Shown here: positions 30,554 to 40,655 of the stretch, in pieces | How positions within the stretch are numbered: position 1 is the stretch's first letter | Layout of the letters: each line of letters opens with the position of its first letter | Origin: an uncultured bacterium | Lineage (GTDB): Bacteria > Babelota > Babeliae > Babelales > Babelaceae | Direction of reading: 5' to 3' | DNA length: 64,000 nucleotides | NCBI GenBank assembly: GCA_963819815.1 | Contig: CAWFXL010000001.1 | Coordinates: 160,001 to 224,000, forward strand | Made by a program: the position numbers and the translations under genes | The notes under the pieces: model-generated | Told to the model about the DNA's origin: nothing | Seen by the model: only the letters and a program-made list of their open reading frames with translations | Databases searched by the model: none

Positions 30554-32092
30554 ATGCTTAAAAGATGTTTGACACTTGCTCTTATTGTAGGACTACCGGC
30601 AGCTCGAATAAGTTGTTATGATGGAGAAGTAGAGTGGGGCTATGCTGAAGAACGGACGCGCAATGCAGTAGTCCAAGTATGGGCACAGTCGACAGCCTTT
30701 AATTGGATCTATCCTTACAGTAGTCCGGAACAGGCACAAGGAGCGGGTAGTGGCTTCTTTATCGATAAAGAAGGGCACTTTCTTACGAATTACCACGTGA
30801 TACGTGCTGCCAAATCGGTCTACATTTCTTTGCCTACTTTGGGAAGGACGCTACTTCCTACAAAGATTATTGGAGTGTGTCCGGAGCTTGATATTGCGCT
30901 CTTGCAGTTGACGGCAGAAAGTAAAAGAATTATTGAGCAAGCATGTGGGCCGATTAATGCGTTAGAGTTTGGTGATTCTGATAAGCTCTATGATACTCAA
31001 TCAGTTCTTGCTATAGGATTTCCTCTTGGATTGCGTACCCGAAAAAGTACGGTAGGCGGAGTAGCGGGACAAGACTTTGTAAAAGGAAACTCACTTATCC
31101 ATATTACCGCTCCGATTAATCCTGGAAACTCAGGGGGACCTTGTGTGACCAAGGATGGTAAAGTTGTGGGTATAAATAGCTCAAGCTATTGGAGTGCGCA
31201 AAATTACAATTACATTATCCCTATAAAGGAGATACTGGTAGTTCTTGACGATCTCTTTACAACTCCTTTAGTTCGCAGACCTGATTGGGGAATGGGGATT
31301 AATAAAACCACAGCAGCTCATGCACGCTCACTGGGTAATCCACTTCCTGCAGGGTTGTACATCAATTATGTCTACAAAAATTCTATGGAAGAAAAAGTAG
31401 GATTTAAGGCCGGTGATATGCTCTATGAGGTAGGGGTTAATGGAGTTCATTATACGTTAGATGAATTTGGCTATACCTCAGTTCCTTGGCGAACCAGTGA
31501 AAAAATTTCGCTCAAAGAGCTCTTAGTGCGCTGCAAAGTGGGAGATGCTCTCTCCTGCGTTGTGTATCGTAAAGGGCAACGCAAAGAGCTTCGTTGTTCT
31601 TTTGAAGATTCACGATTGCGCCCAGTACGTGAGATTTATCCTGAGTATGAGCCTGAAGAGCTTGATTATGAAATATTTGGTGGATTAGTTATCATGCAGC
31701 TACGCGAAAATCATTTTGAGTATTTCAAGAATAACTTTGTGGACCAAATAGGAGAGCTTCGTAAGTATCATCTTAAGGAACATCAGTCTGAGCCGGTTCT
31801 TGTTGTTACCACCGTGCTTGCAGGGTCAATAGCTCACTTGAGCGAATGCATTGCACCAGGCTACCTTCTTGATACTATCAATGGCCAGAAGGTGACCACC
31901 TTGGCTGAGCTACGTGCTGCACTTAAGCTGAGTACTAAGAATGGCGAGATAGCGATTGTCTTGAAAGATCGCCCGGTAACGGTGTTTAATCTCGGTGAGG
32001 TACTTGAAGACGAATATAGGTTATCTGATGCATTTATGTATCCGATAACCAATACTATGCAGCAGCTTATGGCCTCACACAAAAAAAGTTGA
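30554..32092 (+). CDS. HtrA/Deg-family serine protease, tandem paralog
   Basis: 'TNYHVI', 'DIALL', 'INPGNSGGP'; signal peptide. Confidence 0.93.
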   Translation: MLKRCLTLALIVGLPAARISCYDGEVEWGYAEERTRNAVVQVWAQSTAFNWIYPYSSPEQAQGAGSGFFIDKEGHFLTNYHVIRAAKSVYISLPTLGRTLLPTKIIGVCPELDIALLQLTAESKRIIEQACGPINALEFGDSDKLYDTQSVLAIGFPLGLRTRKSTVGGVAGQDFVKGNSLIHITAPINPGNSGGPCVTKDGKVVGINSSSYWSAQNYNYIIPIKEILVVLDDLFTTPLVRRPDWGMGINKTTAAHARSLGNPLPAGLYINYVYKNSMEEKVGFKAGDMLYEVGVNGVHYTLDEFGYTSVPWRTSEKISLKELLVRCKVGDALSCVVYRKGQRKELRCSFEDSRLRPVREIYPEYEPEELDYEIFGGLVIMQLRENHFEYFKNNFVDQIGELRKYHLKEHQSEPVLVVTTVLAGSIAHLSECIAPGYLLDTINGQKVTTLAELRAALKLSTKNGEIAIVLKDRPVTVFNLGEVLEDEYRLSDAFMYPITNTMQQLMASHKKS

Positions 32093-32187
32093 GAGGTTAC
32101 CATAACCGTGTAGACTAGCAGCATGGAGGTCTTCCTTCAAGTTTCTGTGTAGTATCATATTTCGATATCTTACCTAAAGGGCCTAAT

Positions 32188-32619
32188 ATGATTAACAAAA
32201 TCATCTCAATTGTGTCGATCGTTTCAATCTGCTTACTACAGCATTCCATACTGCCAATGGAGAAGTTAGCTTTATCGACTACTCATACCACAGCCTCACG
32301 TTCACTTGATGAACCGCTACAGAAGCTGATAGCAAGATGGGCCTTCATGCAAGCACATGTGGCAAATGCAGGCTTGTTGTTAGCAGCAGAAATAGAGAAA
32401 CGAAAAAAGCAATTAGCAGAACTACAGGTACAAGGGGTAGATAGAGATGAGCTTAACAGGCTACTAACAGAATATGAGCAAGTTGAAAGGCTTCTAGCTG
32501 AGTATGTGCAGGAACAGCAATCTCAGTTAGATCTGAAAGAAAAAGTTGAAGAGAACCAAGTGAGAAGTGGTGGATGGATCAGGAATCTCTTGGAGACATT
32601 GTGGGATTCAATTGAATAA
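32188..32619 (+). CDS. Secreted coiled-coil hypothetical protein
   Basis: Signal peptide; termini shared with 32693-34057. Confidence 0.7.
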   Translation: MINKIISIVSIVSICLLQHSILPMEKLALSTTHTTASRSLDEPLQKLIARWAFMQAHVANAGLLLAAEIEKRKKQLAELQVQGVDRDELNRLLTEYEQVERLLAEYVQEQQSQLDLKEKVEENQVRSGGWIRNLLETLWDSIE

Positions 32620-32692
32620 CAAGTAATCTCTTGTATGAAAGTTTTTGTGTGTCATTATATACTATATCTCAACCTAGCAATAAAGGCTTATT

Positions 32693-34057
32693 GTGATTAA
32701 AAGAATCATCATATTTGTATCGATTGTTTCAATCTTTCTAATACCAAATTCCGTACTGCCAATGATGTCTGTGAAGGTAGCTACACCGGTCGCTCAAATA
32801 CCTTCTTTTACTGCTCAGAAAGAAGAGATAAAAAGGCTACTAGCATCATATGAAGAACTAACAAAGATTCATCATGAAAATGCCAATGTTATAGCAATAA
32901 GAGATCAGGCGAAAAAACTATTAGCAAAGGTTGAGCTGCTTGAACAGGAAGAAAAGCTCACGGCATTTTCGCAAGAAATGCAACGACGAAACGAAGCAGC
33001 CCTTGCATCTCGAACCCTTGTCTCGATACAGCATGCCTTTGTTAAACGTCTTCAGGCAGTACGAGCTGATAATGGGACCATCCTAGCAAGAGTACAATCA
33101 TGCAGTGCTGAGACTATTCAGAAAGGTCATGCGCAATTACGAGAAAATATTGATGAGTGTTTAGAGAATATTGAAGGGAACCTCGAAAGAGATGTAGTAA
33201 CTCACAAAAGTGATCCTGTTATGCTTGGAGCGATGTGCATTGAAGTTTTTTATCGAGAATCTGAGCTTGCTGTGGTAGAAGCTTTTCAGCAGGAATGGTT
33301 TAATCCTTTGTTTCAGTATCCCGATGGCGAAACTCCATTTTCGCTTATTTTGCAACTTGCAAAACTTCAAATAGACCATGAAGCTGAATGGCCGATACCG
33401 TTTTTGTGTGATCTGCTCATGGTTACCGATACCCTGGGTTGGCGTGTAGTCTCACAAGAAGCCTTGAATAAGGGTCTTTTTGAGATAGGAAGAAACAAAG
33501 ACTATGAGTTTATTGTAGAGGAGATGTTACGTTGGCACCCATGTAAAGATATTGAAGGTCTGAAAAAACTCTGCATTGAATTAATACGGCATGATCGCTT
33601 TTGTCGATTTCACCTCCGCATATTGAAAGAGTCTCAGTTGGATCAAGATATGCTCAATACTCTATTGAAAGAGATTATTGCAAAAAAGCCGGAAAAGCTA
33701 GATGAAACTGAATTAGAAGCAAGGTTTGAAACATGCGCCTGTTTGATAGATGCAGGTGCTTCGATGAATATGGACATAGAGGGTAAACATCCCGTTGTTG
33801 CTTTAACTGAGCTACTTTTGGCCAATGGCCCTGATGTTGATAAAAACGCCTTAGCTTATTTTAATCGTATCATGAAATGGTGTTATAACCCCCAGCCTGC
33901 GCAGCGAGCACTACCACAAGCTCAACAGCAATCACCGCTGCACGGTCAATTAGTAGGTAATAATGAAAGTGTTAAAGAGCTGAATGAACGTGGTATCGTA
34001 AGAAGTAATGGCTGGATCTGGAAGCTCTGGGAGATATTTTGGGGTCAAAGTGCATAG
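32693..34057 (+). CDS. Secreted hypothetical protein (helical, one ankyrin-like segment)
   Basis: Signal peptide; 'LIDAGASMN...GKHPV'. Confidence 0.7.
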   Translation: MIKRIIIFVSIVSIFLIPNSVLPMMSVKVATPVAQIPSFTAQKEEIKRLLASYEELTKIHHENANVIAIRDQAKKLLAKVELLEQEEKLTAFSQEMQRRNEAALASRTLVSIQHAFVKRLQAVRADNGTILARVQSCSAETIQKGHAQLRENIDECLENIEGNLERDVVTHKSDPVMLGAMCIEVFYRESELAVVEAFQQEWFNPLFQYPDGETPFSLILQLAKLQIDHEAEWPIPFLCDLLMVTDTLGWRVVSQEALNKGLFEIGRNKDYEFIVEEMLRWHPCKDIEGLKKLCIELIRHDRFCRFHLRILKESQLDQDMLNTLLKEIIAKKPEKLDETELEARFETCACLIDAGASMNMDIEGKHPVVALTELLLANGPDVDKNALAYFNRIMKWCYNPQPAQRALPQAQQQSPLHGQLVGNNESVKELNERGIVRSNGWIWKLWEIFWGQSA

Positions 34058-34253
34058 TACCTTTCCATTACATGAAAGCTCCTGAAAATAAATATTTTAC
34101 CTATCTTACTTATTCAATAGCTGCCTCTTATGTTGAGCAAAGTCATCTTAATGGTATCTATAAAAAATACCTGATATGCTAGCATGCGTATGATGCGAAC
34201 ATGACTAATGGGCATAAAAATTTGCCTACCTAAAAACTCTCAGCGAGGTTCTC

Positions 34254-35492
34254 TTGAACGCTATACCTACTCAAGTACTTATTTTGTTGATGTTCTCATG
34301 TGCTATGCGTGCAGCAACTAATGCCCAAACTGCTCAAAGGGATGTGCGTCTAATAAGACTAGAGACAGAGCTCAATAATGACAATGACAATCTTACCCGT
34401 TTGTATCGACAAGAGAACGCATCTCTTTCAGATGCACGGCTTTTGGCAGTAGTGCAAGCCAACCAATATCCTAACGCAAATCCTCAAGCACTTTCCGCTG
34501 ATTTCGCTCATTTTCAATTGAACATGAGAGCGCAGCACTATCAATATCTATTAATCGCCTGTCGAAATGGATGCCCTGATGTGGTACAACGGCTCTTTAA
34601 ACTTGGAATTACCCCTTTTTGTTCCGATTTGCAAGGAAGAACTCCGCTGCATAATGCCGCATTGAGCCAATCAGGTGAGGTTGTTAGATCTGTTACTCAA
34701 GCAAGGGATCTTCTCGAAAGTCGTTGTCAGAAATACTGGGATGGGAACCACGTTACCTGTATTCTTTGCAGTTCAATTCCAAAAGACATAACCCATGTGG
34801 ATGATAATGGTAGGACTCCCGTTGATCTCTATCTCGACCTTATCAATACCTTATTGTTCGCAGGAAAAAGAGTCTCTGGGCTTAACACTTGCTTACAGCT
34901 GTTATTTTTAAGAGCCGTAAGATTAGGTGTTCAACAGGAGGTCACTAAGGTATTAAACTTTTTTAGTGACATCCATACTGCAGTAATAAACGCAAACCAA
35001 CCAGGGCAAATCTTTGGGGATATTCTTGAGAACAGGCATCAATTTGTTCTTAATGGACACAATGGCCCTGACATTGAGCCTGCAGTTCATTTTATTGATA
35101 CTGAAGAAATCTTTAAAGATTCTGCGCTTCATATTGCGGCAAGAAATGGAGATCATACCCTTTTAGGGGCACTTCTTAATAGCATCAATCCTTACGACAG
35201 AGAAAGATTAGTTAAGAAAAAAAATGATTGTTCAGGCGGTGAAACAGCTTTAACGACCGCAATGTTTTATCTGAATTGGCACGTCGAACGTAAGTCAGAA
35301 ACGGAGGATAGAAGGGTTGATGTAGGGAAGGTCCAAGATCTTCTAAATTGTATTGCTCTTCTGCGTACAGCTGGCGCAGTGATTACGCAAGACCAAGATG
35401 AACTGCTTAATTGGGTGAATGGCTTACTTACCCCACAGTTTATAAACAATCCTATAGTAAGAGCTATTTTTCCACGCACGGAAACTGATTAA
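34254..35492 (+). CDS. Ankyrin-repeat protein, probably secreted
   Basis: 'GRTPLHNAA', 'DSALHIAARNG', 'GETALTTA'; TTG start after GAGG. Confidence 0.85.
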   Translation: MNAIPTQVLILLMFSCAMRAATNAQTAQRDVRLIRLETELNNDNDNLTRLYRQENASLSDARLLAVVQANQYPNANPQALSADFAHFQLNMRAQHYQYLLIACRNGCPDVVQRLFKLGITPFCSDLQGRTPLHNAALSQSGEVVRSVTQARDLLESRCQKYWDGNHVTCILCSSIPKDITHVDDNGRTPVDLYLDLINTLLFAGKRVSGLNTCLQLLFLRAVRLGVQQEVTKVLNFFSDIHTAVINANQPGQIFGDILENRHQFVLNGHNGPDIEPAVHFIDTEEIFKDSALHIAARNGDHTLLGALLNSINPYDRERLVKKKNDCSGGETALTTAMFYLNWHVERKSETEDRRVDVGKVQDLLNCIALLRTAGAVITQDQDELLNWVNGLLTPQFINNPIVRAIFPRTETD

Positions 35493-35687
35493 CACGCTCT
35501 AAGATTAGTATGCAGAAGCTTTGATGGTGAAAAATTGAGCACGAGCTCTTCATAGGCCCCAACCTGCATGGCAAGTAATGCGGCACGTGAAGTCAGTTGG
35601 TCGAGGGCAGCATGAGAGTGACAAGTGATGGCTTGATCTGGAAGTTCTTGGAGTCTGTTTTACCCTCAAAGATTCGAGTTAAACATC

Positions 35688-36356
35688 TTACAAAAGTTCA
35701 GGGCGTACACAGAGCAGATTGACTTTGTTATGCCGAGGAGAATCTTTTTGAATGATTCGAAATCCCTGGGCCACTATCCATGAAGTGAGCTCGTCAAACA
35801 ACGGGATCCCCTTGAATCGCTCGGTTAGGCTTGCTTCTACTACCATGACCTGTATCGTTCCCACTATAGTAGGAGAAGCTTTAAGTACTTTAAGTTCTGC
35901 TCCTTGCATGTCAAACCATACAGCATCTATATGGGTGATACCCTCTTTGTGAGCCCAATCATCTAAAGTGATAGTGGAAACTTTAACTTGTTCAAAGAAG
36001 ACATTAGGCCGTTCTTGAATATACTCAAGTGGCTCATAGAATGAGCTTACTGCCGTAGATGCTCCCGAGCATTCATAGAACGCTTCAACACCGGTATGAT
36101 CACTTAAGGCGATATTATAGCACGTAATGTTTGGGTAGGGTGCGGTGCGCTCAAGCAATTGACTATATAATGAGGGAACAGGTTCAAAGGCATAGATCTG
36201 TGCATGTGGCCAGAGCGTCGCCATACGTATTGTATCTCTACCAAAGTGTGCCCCAGACTCTATTATGATAGGGCGTTGAGGTAAATATTGGGTTATCTGT
36301 TCTTTTAATATAGGAGCTTCTTGCATATATTCTAAGACTATCTTTTGGGTGTACAT
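35688..36356 (-). CDS. FkbM family methyltransferase (start may be 36326)
   Basis: 'ESGAHFG', 'YAFEPVP', 'ITLDDW', 'DMQGAELKVL'. Confidence 0.9.
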   Translation of the reverse strand: MYTQKIVLEYMQEAPILKEQITQYLPQRPIIIESGAHFGRDTIRMATLWPHAQIYAFEPVPSLYSQLLERTAPYPNITCYNIALSDHTGVEAFYECSGASTAVSSFYEPLEYIQERPNVFFEQVKVSTITLDDWAHKEGITHIDAVWFDMQGAELKVLKASPTIVGTIQVMVVEASLTERFKGIPLFDELTSWIVAQGFRIIQKDSPRHNKVNLLCVRPELL

Positions 36357-36559
36357 TCCGCGATTAGTATAGAGGGAAGCATCTTTTTATGAAAGCTTTC
36401 GTAAAAATCATTCGCCTCTGAAAGCCTTCTAGGGTTCCTAATGTTATGTGGGCTGATGGGGAAAGTGTGCTATTTTTGAGGGTGATATTTTTTCTATCAT
36501 CATGAAAATCATGATATAGCATATACTGTGTGGTACACTATCACCAAGGAGACGATCAC

Positions 36560-37291
36560 ATGAAAATTAAAGAACGACTCGACCTTAAGATGCAGAAACT
36601 TTTTCCTGCGTTGAGTCGTACGCAGATACAAAGTTATATCATGCAAGGTAAAGTAACCGTTGACGGTCAGGTATGCTTAAAACCGGGTATACTCGTAAGC
36701 GATGAACAAGAAGTATTTTGCACCTACGAGGCTCCTCCTTATGTATCTCGTGCAGGTCAGAAACTCGCACATGCCTTAGATCATTTTGGTGTTGATCCGA
36801 AGAGTATGATCATCCTTGATGCAGGTCTGTCTACGGGTGGATTTACTGACTGCTTACTCAAACGTGGCGCAGCAAAAGTCTATGGAGTTGATGTAGGCTA
36901 TGGGCAAGTGCATGAATCAATTCGCCAAGATCCACGTGTAGTTGTTATGGAGCGCATTAATCTAAGATATCTTGAGAGCCTTCCTGAGAAAGTTGATCTT
37001 GTCACTCTAGATCTCTCATTTATTTCAGTTACCAAAGTACTTGTGGCGGTAAAACATCTTATGAAGCCACAGGGAAAACTCATAGTTCTTATTAAGCCAC
37101 AGTTCGAAGCGGAGCGGCACGAAGTCGGCAAAGGGGGCATCATTAAAGATCCAGCTATTCATAAGAAAGTTATCGAGAAGATCATAGCTGCTTGTGCTCT
37201 CGAAGGATTTGTATGTCAGGGGGTAATCGAATCGCCGATTACGGGAACTGAAGGCAATAAGGAGTTCTTGGGCTATTTTATCTTAAGTTAA
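36560..37291 (+). CDS. tlyA: TlyA family rRNA 2'-O-methyltransferase
   Basis: S4 domain, 'YVSRAGQKL', 'STGGFTDCLL', 'VDVGYGQ', 'DLSFIS', 'LIKPQFE', 'GNKEF'. Confidence 0.96.
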   Translation: MKIKERLDLKMQKLFPALSRTQIQSYIMQGKVTVDGQVCLKPGILVSDEQEVFCTYEAPPYVSRAGQKLAHALDHFGVDPKSMIILDAGLSTGGFTDCLLKRGAAKVYGVDVGYGQVHESIRQDPRVVVMERINLRYLESLPEKVDLVTLDLSFISVTKVLVAVKHLMKPQGKLIVLIKPQFEAERHEVGKGGIIKDPAIHKKVIEKIIAACALEGFVCQGVIESPITGTEGNKEFLGYFILS

Positions 37292-37299
37292 AACACTAA

Positions 37300-37327
37300 T
37301 TGACAATTTTGCTCGAGATGGTAGAAT
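37300..37327 (+). promoter_or_regulatory. Sigma70-type promoter
   Basis: TTGACA-16 bp-TAGAAT with TGn extension. Confidence 0.6.
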
Positions 37328-37461
37328 ATACCTACGGGTTATACTACTGTATGATTTAAGAAAAGCTTCAGCGCAAGTATGCTGGGAGCCCATTATGGAT
37401 TTGATCCAGATTCAAGTGCTCCATTTACCGATAAAAATAATGTTATTGAAAGGAATTAGGT

Positions 37462-38463
37462 ATGAAATTAGTATGTGTACTCAGCTTGCTTTTTATGAGC
37501 CAGGCTCTTGCGATGAATAATGCTGACTTTGATGATTTCAACTTAAGCGGTGTTGTGAGAGTGCAGAGAACTCTCCATGATGCTGCGAAAAATAATGATG
37601 GAGCACTTCTTACGGAACTTATTAATGAGGGTTCAGATGTTGATGCTCTCGCTGTGGGCAGGGGAGTAACGATGGATGGTATGACGCCACTCTTTTGTTG
37701 TATTGTACACGAAGGTACAGAAGAGAATATTGATGCTCTCAAGGTACTTATCAGCAATGGTGCGGATCTTAATCTTCGCCGTGGTAAACGTACGCCAATT
37801 CATTGGGCACTCGAGCAAAAGCGTTTTGCCAGTGCAGAAGAATTAATCATTGCTGGAGCTAATCTGAAAATTCTTGGTCACTTTGAGAATACCTTTCTAC
37901 ATTGTGTTATAGAGGAGAATGCTCCTATCAGAATTCTACGTGCACTACTTAAAAGGGGTCTTTCTCAAGCGGTGAACGCAAGCAATGTGCGTGACGAGAC
38001 GCCTCTCATGGTTGCGGCCGGTAAGTGTAATAACCTCAAGGCTGTCGTAGTGATGTGCAATGCAGGTGCGGATGTAGCTTTAGAAAATTCCGGGGGGCAG
38101 AACGCCTTAGAAATTGCAGATAGTTATGGCAATATTAAGATTATGAGAGCATTGATTGCACGCGGGGCAACATCGGACGAGATGCTTTACATTGCATCCA
38201 AGTGCAATGCGCATGAAACTGTCAAAGCATTACTTGAGGCTGGCTGCAATGTAAATGAAAAAAGGGATGATCAGGGGGGGGCTACTGCTCTTCATATAGC
38301 GGCTGAATTCGATGCATTTGAGTCTGCGCAAGTACTTATTGGAGCTGGAGCAGATGTAAATGCTTTGATGTTGAGCTCTATTAATACTCCGATATCTGTG
38401 CTAGCATTGGCAACCGAAGATAGTCAGCTCGCTGCGCTTTTAAAATCTGCAGGAGCGAAATAA
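37462..38463 (+). CDS. Secreted ankyrin-repeat protein
   Basis: Signal peptide; 'TPLFCC', 'TPIHWA', 'TPLMVAA', 'GATALHIAA'. Confidence 0.93.
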   Translation: MKLVCVLSLLFMSQALAMNNADFDDFNLSGVVRVQRTLHDAAKNNDGALLTELINEGSDVDALAVGRGVTMDGMTPLFCCIVHEGTEENIDALKVLISNGADLNLRRGKRTPIHWALEQKRFASAEELIIAGANLKILGHFENTFLHCVIEENAPIRILRALLKRGLSQAVNASNVRDETPLMVAAGKCNNLKAVVVMCNAGADVALENSGGQNALEIADSYGNIKIMRALIARGATSDEMLYIASKCNAHETVKALLEAGCNVNEKRDDQGGATALHIAAEFDAFESAQVLIGAGADVNALMLSSINTPISVLALATEDSQLAALLKSAGAK

Positions 38464-38499
38464 GGTCGGGTTGTCAGACATTTTTCTTAAGGGATATTG

Positions 38500-38574
38500 A
38501 AAGAGTGTGAGTAGCTTAAGAAATGTTCTTGAGCTACTCACACTCTTTAGTGAGGACTATTGTAAGGTCCTCAC
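38500..38574. terminator. Two adjacent hairpins (23-bp and 8-bp stems)
   Basis: AAAGAGTGTGAGTAGCTTAAGAA-atg-TTCTTGAGCTACTCACACTCTTT; GTGAGGAC..GTCCTCAC. Confidence 0.65.
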
Positions 38575-38779
38575 CGGGTATTTAACATTAATACCTTACA
38601 GACGCCATCCTTTAGCGCTTTCTCTTTTCTCTGTAATCAGAACTTCAGCAGATTTTTCTCAAAAATGTGGACAATCTCATAGCATTCCAGCCAATTTCAT
38701 TCAAAACTCTTGCATGTGCTCTATCAAAAAAGCTAGTATGCGGGAAAAGATTCCAGAGAGTGATTATGAAAGGATGACT

Positions 38780-40630
38780 ATGAAGAATCAAAAAAGCATC
38801 TATATGAAGGGCTCAGGAATGCTCGGTGCAGTAGTTGCATTTTTCTGCCTCTTCGTGTCTGGTGAGCTCATTGCGGCGGCCCCTGATGACTGCTGTAACT
38901 TTATCCCTATAACGGCACTTCCGTTTGTATGTCAAATGTCAGCTCACTATAAGATAGTGAATGATGTTGTATTTGGAGAATCTCAAACTTCTCAAGGTAA
39001 GACCGATGGCAAGCTTCAAGCTGGTATCGTCCAGCCACCAGCATGTCCTGTGCTCCCGGCCGTAGTCTTTGGAATAACCATTGCTGCAGATAAAGTAACG
39101 GTTGATGGTAATAATAAAACGGTTGCAATTGTAGGAGAGAATGTAGGAGGAGTAGTCGTAGCCAATGGGGTAACCGATGCGGTAGTAAATGGGGTTAAAG
39201 TCGTAGGTGATGCTGTCTCGGTTGTCCAAGTAGGAGTAGCAGTTTCGTCTGTAGTTGCTACCGTAAGCGGTGTTAGTGTAGTAAATGTTGGTGTCGCTTC
39301 TGTGGCAGAAGTAACAGCGCCTCCACTTGTAAATGTTGGGCAGGGTCCAGTCCCTCCTGTTGCGGGAGCGGTGGTAGTGGCTCCTATTGTGTCTGAAGTA
39401 GTTGCTCGCTCCAAAGGGCTTGGCCAATCGGGGGTGATTGAAGGTGGCGGTGTACTTATAGAAGATTTGAATGTTTCAAATAGTATCAACGGCGTAACTA
39501 TTCAAGGATCAAATGTAAATGTTATTCTAAGAGATAGCTTTATTTCCGATAGCATCGAAATGGGTATTTCGCAGCCAAACAGGAGTGGATTCGAGGGGAA
39601 CTTTATACTTGAGAATGTCCAAATTACCGATTCTGGGATTAATGGCATTTATACTACTTTTAATCAGGACAATTGGATTCTCAAGAACGTGCAAATTCGT
39701 AATAGTGGATTTAATGGAGCAATCTTTGAAGGGTTTCAGAATCTGAGTATTATAGATAGCCAGATTTTTGACAGCGGCGCAAAAGGGCTTGTTGCGAGCA
39801 TTAGACAAAGTCAAAATATTTCCCTTATTGGTCTAGAAATTTTTAATAGTGGTGATGAAGCATTGCGTGTCGACAATGTCCAAAATCTTTTTATAGACCG
39901 CAGTCTTTTTACTAACTATAACCCGACGTCCTTGCCGCTTGCTAAGATCCAGGATGTTAATAATGGCTTAATAAAGAACAGCCAGTTTATGAGTTTTGGT
40001 GGATTATCTGACGGACTCTTCATCAGAAATTCTCATGGACTTATCGTGGATTCGAATCTTGTGAAAGTATTTAATAATTTCTCAAGCGAGACTCCAGTTT
40101 CGCAGCCACCAAACCTTTCCGGTAATCCAATTGGGAACTATATTCAGCAAAAATACTGCTCGGCACCACCAACCTCTAAGGGTGTAAATGGTCCGGTAGG
40201 TATAAATCTGCAGGGAGGTGTCACAGCTGCACAGATAAAAAATACGGTAGTATCGGGAACTCCTTCGATTGGGATAGCTGTTCAAGCAGATAGCTTAAAT
40301 GGAATTGATGAAGGTGTAATACTTGAAAACGTTCTTGTTGATGGAGCTCAAAATAGTGGGATCCTTTTTGATAGTGCACTTAATTCTGCTGTCTTTAATT
40401 CACAGGTAGTTAATGGCCAGGGTGACGGTATCACAATCTCAGGTAGTAGCAATACCGCCGTGCGTGGAAATACGCTTACGAATAACCGTGCCTTTGGCGT
40501 GAGAGATAACGGAGTACATTCACAGATCTATCAAAATTTTGCCTCAGCTAACGGCGCAAATTATACCTCAAATATTCTTACTTCAAGGCCAACTGCAGAT
40601 CTTGGGTCCCTAGAAAATATTAGTAGTTAA
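38780..40630 (+). CDS. Secreted right-handed beta-helix (pectin-lyase-like) repeat protein
   Basis: Repeats 'ILENVQITDSGINGI', 'ILKNVQIRNSGFNGA'; signal peptide; start moved from 38507 on RBS evidence. Confidence 0.8.
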   Translation: MKNQKSIYMKGSGMLGAVVAFFCLFVSGELIAAAPDDCCNFIPITALPFVCQMSAHYKIVNDVVFGESQTSQGKTDGKLQAGIVQPPACPVLPAVVFGITIAADKVTVDGNNKTVAIVGENVGGVVVANGVTDAVVNGVKVVGDAVSVVQVGVAVSSVVATVSGVSVVNVGVASVAEVTAPPLVNVGQGPVPPVAGAVVVAPIVSEVVARSKGLGQSGVIEGGGVLIEDLNVSNSINGVTIQGSNVNVILRDSFISDSIEMGISQPNRSGFEGNFILENVQITDSGINGIYTTFNQDNWILKNVQIRNSGFNGAIFEGFQNLSIIDSQIFDSGAKGLVASIRQSQNISLIGLEIFNSGDEALRVDNVQNLFIDRSLFTNYNPTSLPLAKIQDVNNGLIKNSQFMSFGGLSDGLFIRNSHGLIVDSNLVKVFNNFSSETPVSQPPNLSGNPIGNYIQQKYCSAPPTSKGVNGPVGINLQGGVTAAQIKNTVVSGTPSIGIAVQADSLNGIDEGVILENVLVDGAQNSGILFDSALNSAVFNSQVVNGQGDGITISGSSNTAVRGNTLTNNRAFGVRDNGVHSQIYQNFASANGANYTSNILTSRPTADLGSLENISS

Positions 40631-40655
40631 AAAAATTCAATACAAAGGAGTATCT

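Noticed and set aside
38507..38779. N-terminal extension of the beta-helix ORF
   Set aside because: Starts inside a hairpin; RBS and signal peptide point to 38780
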